DNA of 64,000 nucleotides from Lachnospiraceae bacterium (GTDB lineage Bacteria > Bacillota > Clostridia > Lachnospirales > Lachnospiraceae), in the NCBI GenBank assembly GCA_016285575.1, contig JAEEQX010000003.1:781-64780 (forward strand). The letters run 5' to 3'. Shown in pieces: positions 60,302-64,000 of the stretch (position 1 is the stretch's first letter; every line of letters begins with the position of its first letter). Position numbers and translations under genes: made by a program. The notes under the pieces were generated by a model. That model was not told the origin of the DNA, searched no databases, and was given only the letters and a program-made list of their open reading frames with translations.

Positions 60302-60523
60302 CTACTCTACTTCAACCATCTCAGCATCTGCTTTACGAAGTGAGAGCTCATAATTTCTAACTGTAAGTTCAATAGGATCTCCAAGGGGAGCAACTTTTCT
60401 AACTGTTACTTCTGTTCCCTTAGTTAAGCCCATATCCATGATTCTTCTTTTTACTGCACCTTCACCATGGAGTTTTTTGACTGTAGCTTTTTCTCCGATT
60501 TTCACATCTCTTAATGTTTTCAA
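60302..60523 (-). CDS. feoA: FeoA
   Basis: RRIMDMGLTKG..APLGDPIE..LRKADA; TTG start. Confidence 0.93.
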   Translation of the reverse strand: MKTLRDVKIGEKATVKKLHGEGAVKRRIMDMGLTKGTEVTVRKVAPLGDPIELTVRNYELSLRKADAEMVEVE

Positions 60524-60560
60524 ATCTTTATCCTCCTTATATTGTTAATATGAATCTTTA

Positions 60561-60773
60561 TTAGACCATAATCTTTCTGGCCAATTCATCACTCAGAGCA
60601 ACTCTGCTTTCCTTGATATTAACTATCAGGTTGCCTCCAAGTGTATTAACTACGCTCACTGTACCTCCGACATTGAATCCCAGATCTTCCAAGTGCTTCT
60701 TTACCTCGGGGCTACCACCGATTTTTTTGATGATCTGCTCTTCTCCCGGATCTGCTAATACTAATGGCATCAT
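60561..60773 (-). CDS. feoA: FeoA
   Basis: KHLEDLGFNVG..SRVALS. Confidence 0.9.
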   Translation of the reverse strand: MMPLVLADPGEEQIIKKIGGSPEVKKHLEDLGFNVGGTVSVVNTLGGNLIVNIKESRVALSDELARKIMV

Positions 60774-60796
60774 ATCTTTCCTCCTGAAAAGCCTTT

Positions 60797-60919
60797 GTTA
60801 GTTTTAACTAACCCTTTAGCTTTTAATATAAGTTAGATTTCTCTAACCCTTATGCCAACAAAATAGGTTAGCAACATCTAACCATGTATTATAATAATTA
60901 GTTGTCGCTAACCTGTCAA
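60797..60919 (-). promoter_or_regulatory. feo-2 promoter with four DtxR-type boxes
   Basis: Boxes start at 60797, 60832, 60867 (perfect) and 60897 (ATTAG); TTGACA 60919-14, 17 nt, TATTAT. Confidence 0.85.
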
Positions 60920-60991
60920 TATGTTTTTTACATTTTTTTCACATTTTTGTTTTTATGCTCTATTTGTACGCTTATTTAAGGCATTTACCGC

Positions 60992-62764
60992 TTACAGAGC
61001 GTTTTCTACTATATAATTTATCTGATAATCCTCTCCTTTATCAAAAATGCTGATTACAGAATTCTTATCAAATGGAATATATTCATCAAAGGGAGTTCTG
61101 CCTTCTCTATCGGTAAGAGTGTCTATAACGACATCACCATTTTCGTCAATATTAGGTACAGCTGAGAAACTAAGATATCCTTCATCTCCTACAGCAATAC
61201 CTGTTACTGCCTGGCAAGAACTGTTGGTCTTGGTAATTCCCATTACCTTAACATTGGGATATTCTCCCATCAGATAAGTCATGTCATCGCCTGCTGATAC
61301 GCACTCAGCATTGACCAATAGAATTATATTGCCATCATGCCAAGCATCCTCCCCTTCATATGTAAGCACTCCATCAACAGCGTATTTTCCATTCTCATCT
61401 CTCTCAAATGTCGCAGTATTTTCATTAATGGTTGCTATATGCGTATTCTTATGCTCTCCAATGGGTGCAAATACACCTGCGACATTTTGTACGAAGAACG
61501 GATCACCACCGCAGTTTTGACGCATATCAATAATTATATTCTTATAGCCGCTCTCCTTATAAGCATTGACCTGTCCTCTTAGCTTGGTAACCATATCAGT
61601 ATACAAACTGGGATCTCCGTAAGATTGCGTATCATAAGCCATCATGCTGATACGTAAAATTACTGTCTCTTCATCCACGCATTTCCAAGTAAGATTGGTT
61701 ATATTAACTCCGCCGTCTATTTTTGATATCGTATCATAAAGTCTTGGCATATACGCACCGAGGCAGGGAGCCTTAATCTCTTGCTCATTGCCATTATCAT
61801 CAATATAAGTAATCAAAGCGTATTCGCCCTTATCACTTTGTCTCGTTCTTGGAAGCGATTCGCCGTATTCCATATTGATGCCTATTCCGGCTACATACAT
61901 GGGATTAAAGAAATCTTCGTTTTCCTTTACGGGTGTAGCAAAATATTGATATGTTATATCATCATAGTATTCATCAATACTCTTACCGTTCCACTTGATT
62001 ATGACGGTGCCGTTTTTTATACCTGCATTCTTAAGTGTATCGGCTACTTCATCCGCTTCTGCGGTTAAATAATTATCCTTAATCTTATAGAATCCAACAA
62101 GGTCTTCTTCGTCAGATTCTATTGAATAGGAATTATCATATCCTTCTACATTAACTGCCACATATTCGCCTGTGGATAATCTGACAATCGAGAGACCGTA
62201 ATCATTGCCAAAAGACTGCATAGCATACTTATTAGCCACTGATTCTTTTTCAATTAGGAATGCTGTGTGACCGTCATAAAACTCATTAGTAAACTTAAGC
62301 CATGTTTTATAATTCTCGACTCCATTCCTATGACGTGAAGCAGTCTCAAACTGTGGCAAATATTTATCATAAAGATAATCCCAATCAATTCCCTTTTCTT
62401 CTGTAAGAACATAGTGTTCTCTCATCGTAGTGAATGCTTCATCGAATTGTCTGTCATAATCATAGGATTTTTCTACGAACAACGCATTGGCAAATACCGT
62501 CACCAATATGATTAACATGAAAGCAACCGCTATTATTTTTCTGACAATAGTCTTATCAAGCATCATCCCTAGCGGAATAACTATTGAAGATACATATGCA
62601 GGCAGATATTTAATCTCAAAACCATTGACAACAACCCTCATTATGGTCAATAAAAGAGGTGCAATATATATTACTCTTATCTTATCAAACGGATATTTCT
62701 CGTTGATAAAGGTTGCTATCAACAACGCAAGAATTATCATCAATTCCAAAAAACAATAAAACAT
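60992..62764 (-). CDS. S41-family peptidase with N-terminal membrane segments
   Basis: FxDGHT, IIDMRQNCGG, LVNAECVSAGD, MGITKT motifs. Confidence 0.78.
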   Translation of the reverse strand: MFYCFLELMIILALLIATFINEKYPFDKIRVIYIAPLLLTIMRVVVNGFEIKYLPAYVSSIVIPLGMMLDKTIVRKIIAVAFMLIILVTVFANALFVEKSYDYDRQFDEAFTTMREHYVLTEEKGIDWDYLYDKYLPQFETASRHRNGVENYKTWLKFTNEFYDGHTAFLIEKESVANKYAMQSFGNDYGLSIVRLSTGEYVAVNVEGYDNSYSIESDEEDLVGFYKIKDNYLTAEADEVADTLKNAGIKNGTVIIKWNGKSIDEYYDDITYQYFATPVKENEDFFNPMYVAGIGINMEYGESLPRTRQSDKGEYALITYIDDNGNEQEIKAPCLGAYMPRLYDTISKIDGGVNITNLTWKCVDEETVILRISMMAYDTQSYGDPSLYTDMVTKLRGQVNAYKESGYKNIIIDMRQNCGGDPFFVQNVAGVFAPIGEHKNTHIATINENTATFERDENGKYAVDGVLTYEGEDAWHDGNIILLVNAECVSAGDDMTYLMGEYPNVKVMGITKTNSSCQAVTGIAVGDEGYLSFSAVPNIDENGDVVIDTLTDREGRTPFDEYIPFDKNSVISIFDKGEDYQINYIVENAL

Positions 62765-62788
62765 GTATTTTTACGTCCTTTCGAAAAC

Positions 62789-63565
62789 TTAGCTTAAATC
62801 ACTTCTTCTAAATAGCGCATAGCCAATGAGCAAATACGCTATTATCATAACAAGAGAAACAACCATTGTAGATACTGTTAAATTCGCAGGTAACGAGCTT
62901 ACTGCCGATCTGTACCTGTCTATTCCGCTTGAACTAAGATTGTATATTTCCCAGGTTTCAAAACTCATTAAGTGTTTTAAATTATAAATACTTAAAATCA
63001 CGCTGTCGGATGCATCCGGAAAGAACTCTAAAAGCATCGGTGTTGATAATCCTACTGCGCTGCCTATTGCAATCATTGCAAACGAATTCTTAACTAAAAA
63101 TGATATACATGCCAAAAACGAAGCTAATCTTATAAAAGGGAAAATATATAGTATATGTCTTACAAACACACATTCAAAATCAAGCTTGGTTCCCCATCCG
63201 AATATTGGCATTCCAAGAACCATCGGTATGAAGCTTAATATGTATCCAAGTAAGGATGCTACAGTCACGGAGCATATAAATCTCGCGAGATAATACTGCA
63301 ATCTGGAATGGCCGTTAAGTATCTCATAATTGCCAACCTTATCTTTCATGTCCGCACAACTTATTATTCCTACCGCTGTGCCAACCATAAAAATCGGAAA
63401 CGTAAAAGTTACACTGGAGTCTGTCAGATACAATCCGCTAATACAGGTATCTTCGCCATTAAATACGGTAACCAATACCATCATTAATGCAAAGATTGCA
63501 AACAGTATATATATAAGTTTTGTTCTTATTAATTCATACAATATAGATCTAATTATATTTTTCAT
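62789..63565 (-). CDS. ABC-2-type transporter permease
   Basis: 6 TM segments, EILNGHSRLQYYLAR motif. Confidence 0.75.
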   Translation of the reverse strand: MKNIIRSILYELIRTKLIYILFAIFALMMVLVTVFNGEDTCISGLYLTDSSVTFTFPIFMVGTAVGIISCADMKDKVGNYEILNGHSRLQYYLARFICSVTVASLLGYILSFIPMVLGMPIFGWGTKLDFECVFVRHILYIFPFIRLASFLACISFLVKNSFAMIAIGSAVGLSTPMLLEFFPDASDSVILSIYNLKHLMSFETWEIYNLSSSGIDRYRSAVSSLPANLTVSTMVVSLVMIIAYLLIGYALFRRSDLS

Positions 63566-64000
63566 TAATCTCTGTCCTTTTTCTTAAATACGACATATCC
63601 AATCAATAGATAAACTACAGTAAATACTACTGCGAATCCAATGGTCTTAATGTACATTTCAGGTGTGAGCGCTGTATCAAAAAGATTTACAGGCTTTCCT
63701 TCTATGATTACTTCCCTGCTGTTTTGAGAAGTTAACAAAAATATAATATTAAGAAATCCGAATCCATAATCAATCTCTTTATGGAATACCTCTTCAGATA
63801 TGGTTGTGCATATCGATATAACCAGATCCATTCCAAATCCCATGGCTATACCTTTACCTGCACTGTTGAATACACTTGTAAACATCATATTCAATGCACA
63901 TATTCTTATAAGCGGAAATACACATAGAGCAATACGAATAATTACATCTATTGGATCTGTTTCCATTCCCCAACCATTTATTAAAGCAATAACTCCAACT
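63565..64000 (-). CDS. ABC-2-type permease paralogue, C-terminal part (5' end outside window)
   Basis: Frame stays open to the window end (VGVIALINGWGMETD...); TAATG coupling to the next gene; similar GWG segment. Confidence 0.7.
   Translation of the reverse strand, partial: VGVIALINGWGMETDPIDVIIRIALCVFPLIRICALNMMFTSVFNSAGKGIAMGFGMDLVISICTTISEEVFHKEIDYGFGFLNIIFLLTSQNSREVIIEGKPVNLFDTALTPEMYIKTIGFAVVFTVVYLLIGYVVFKKKDRD

Noticed and set aside
60797-60912. Periodic palindromes as a possible CRISPR array
   Set aside because: Only 10 bp are conserved per unit, the gaps are 14-19 bp, and no cas genes are present; explained as operators

Overview
AT-rich Firmicute chromosome segment; the gene families suggest a Lachnospiraceae-like anaerobe (inference). 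Almost all genes are on the minus strand. From 1-9.7 kb: HAD phosphatase (partial), LMW-PTP, DUF1284, bioY-birA with a BirA operator, a solute-binding protein / hybrid kinase / response regulator / HD-GYP operon, and an esterase. From about 10-61 kb lies a large metal (probably iron) acquisition and small-molecule processing region. It holds 2 DtxR/MntR regulators, 2 Feo systems, 2 MptD-type ECF modules, 3 heterodimeric IrtAB/YbtPQ-like ABC pairs, a P1B ATPase, a ZIP transporter, flavodoxin/DUF3793, 4 TetR regulators, 4 methyltransferases, 6 alpha/beta hydrolases, a thiazoline-hydrolase-family protein and several uncharacterised membrane proteins, with aroK and eno interspersed. The main signal beyond the gene calls is a 16-bp palindrome, GTTAG-N6-CTAAC. 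I found 15 perfect and at least 7 one-mismatch copies, all intergenic at promoters, including the enolase promoter. It equals one dimer site of the classical DtxR box. Three of these promoters also share a covarying 5'-terminal hairpin. No NRPS, integrase, transposase, CRISPR array, rRNA or tRNA was seen.
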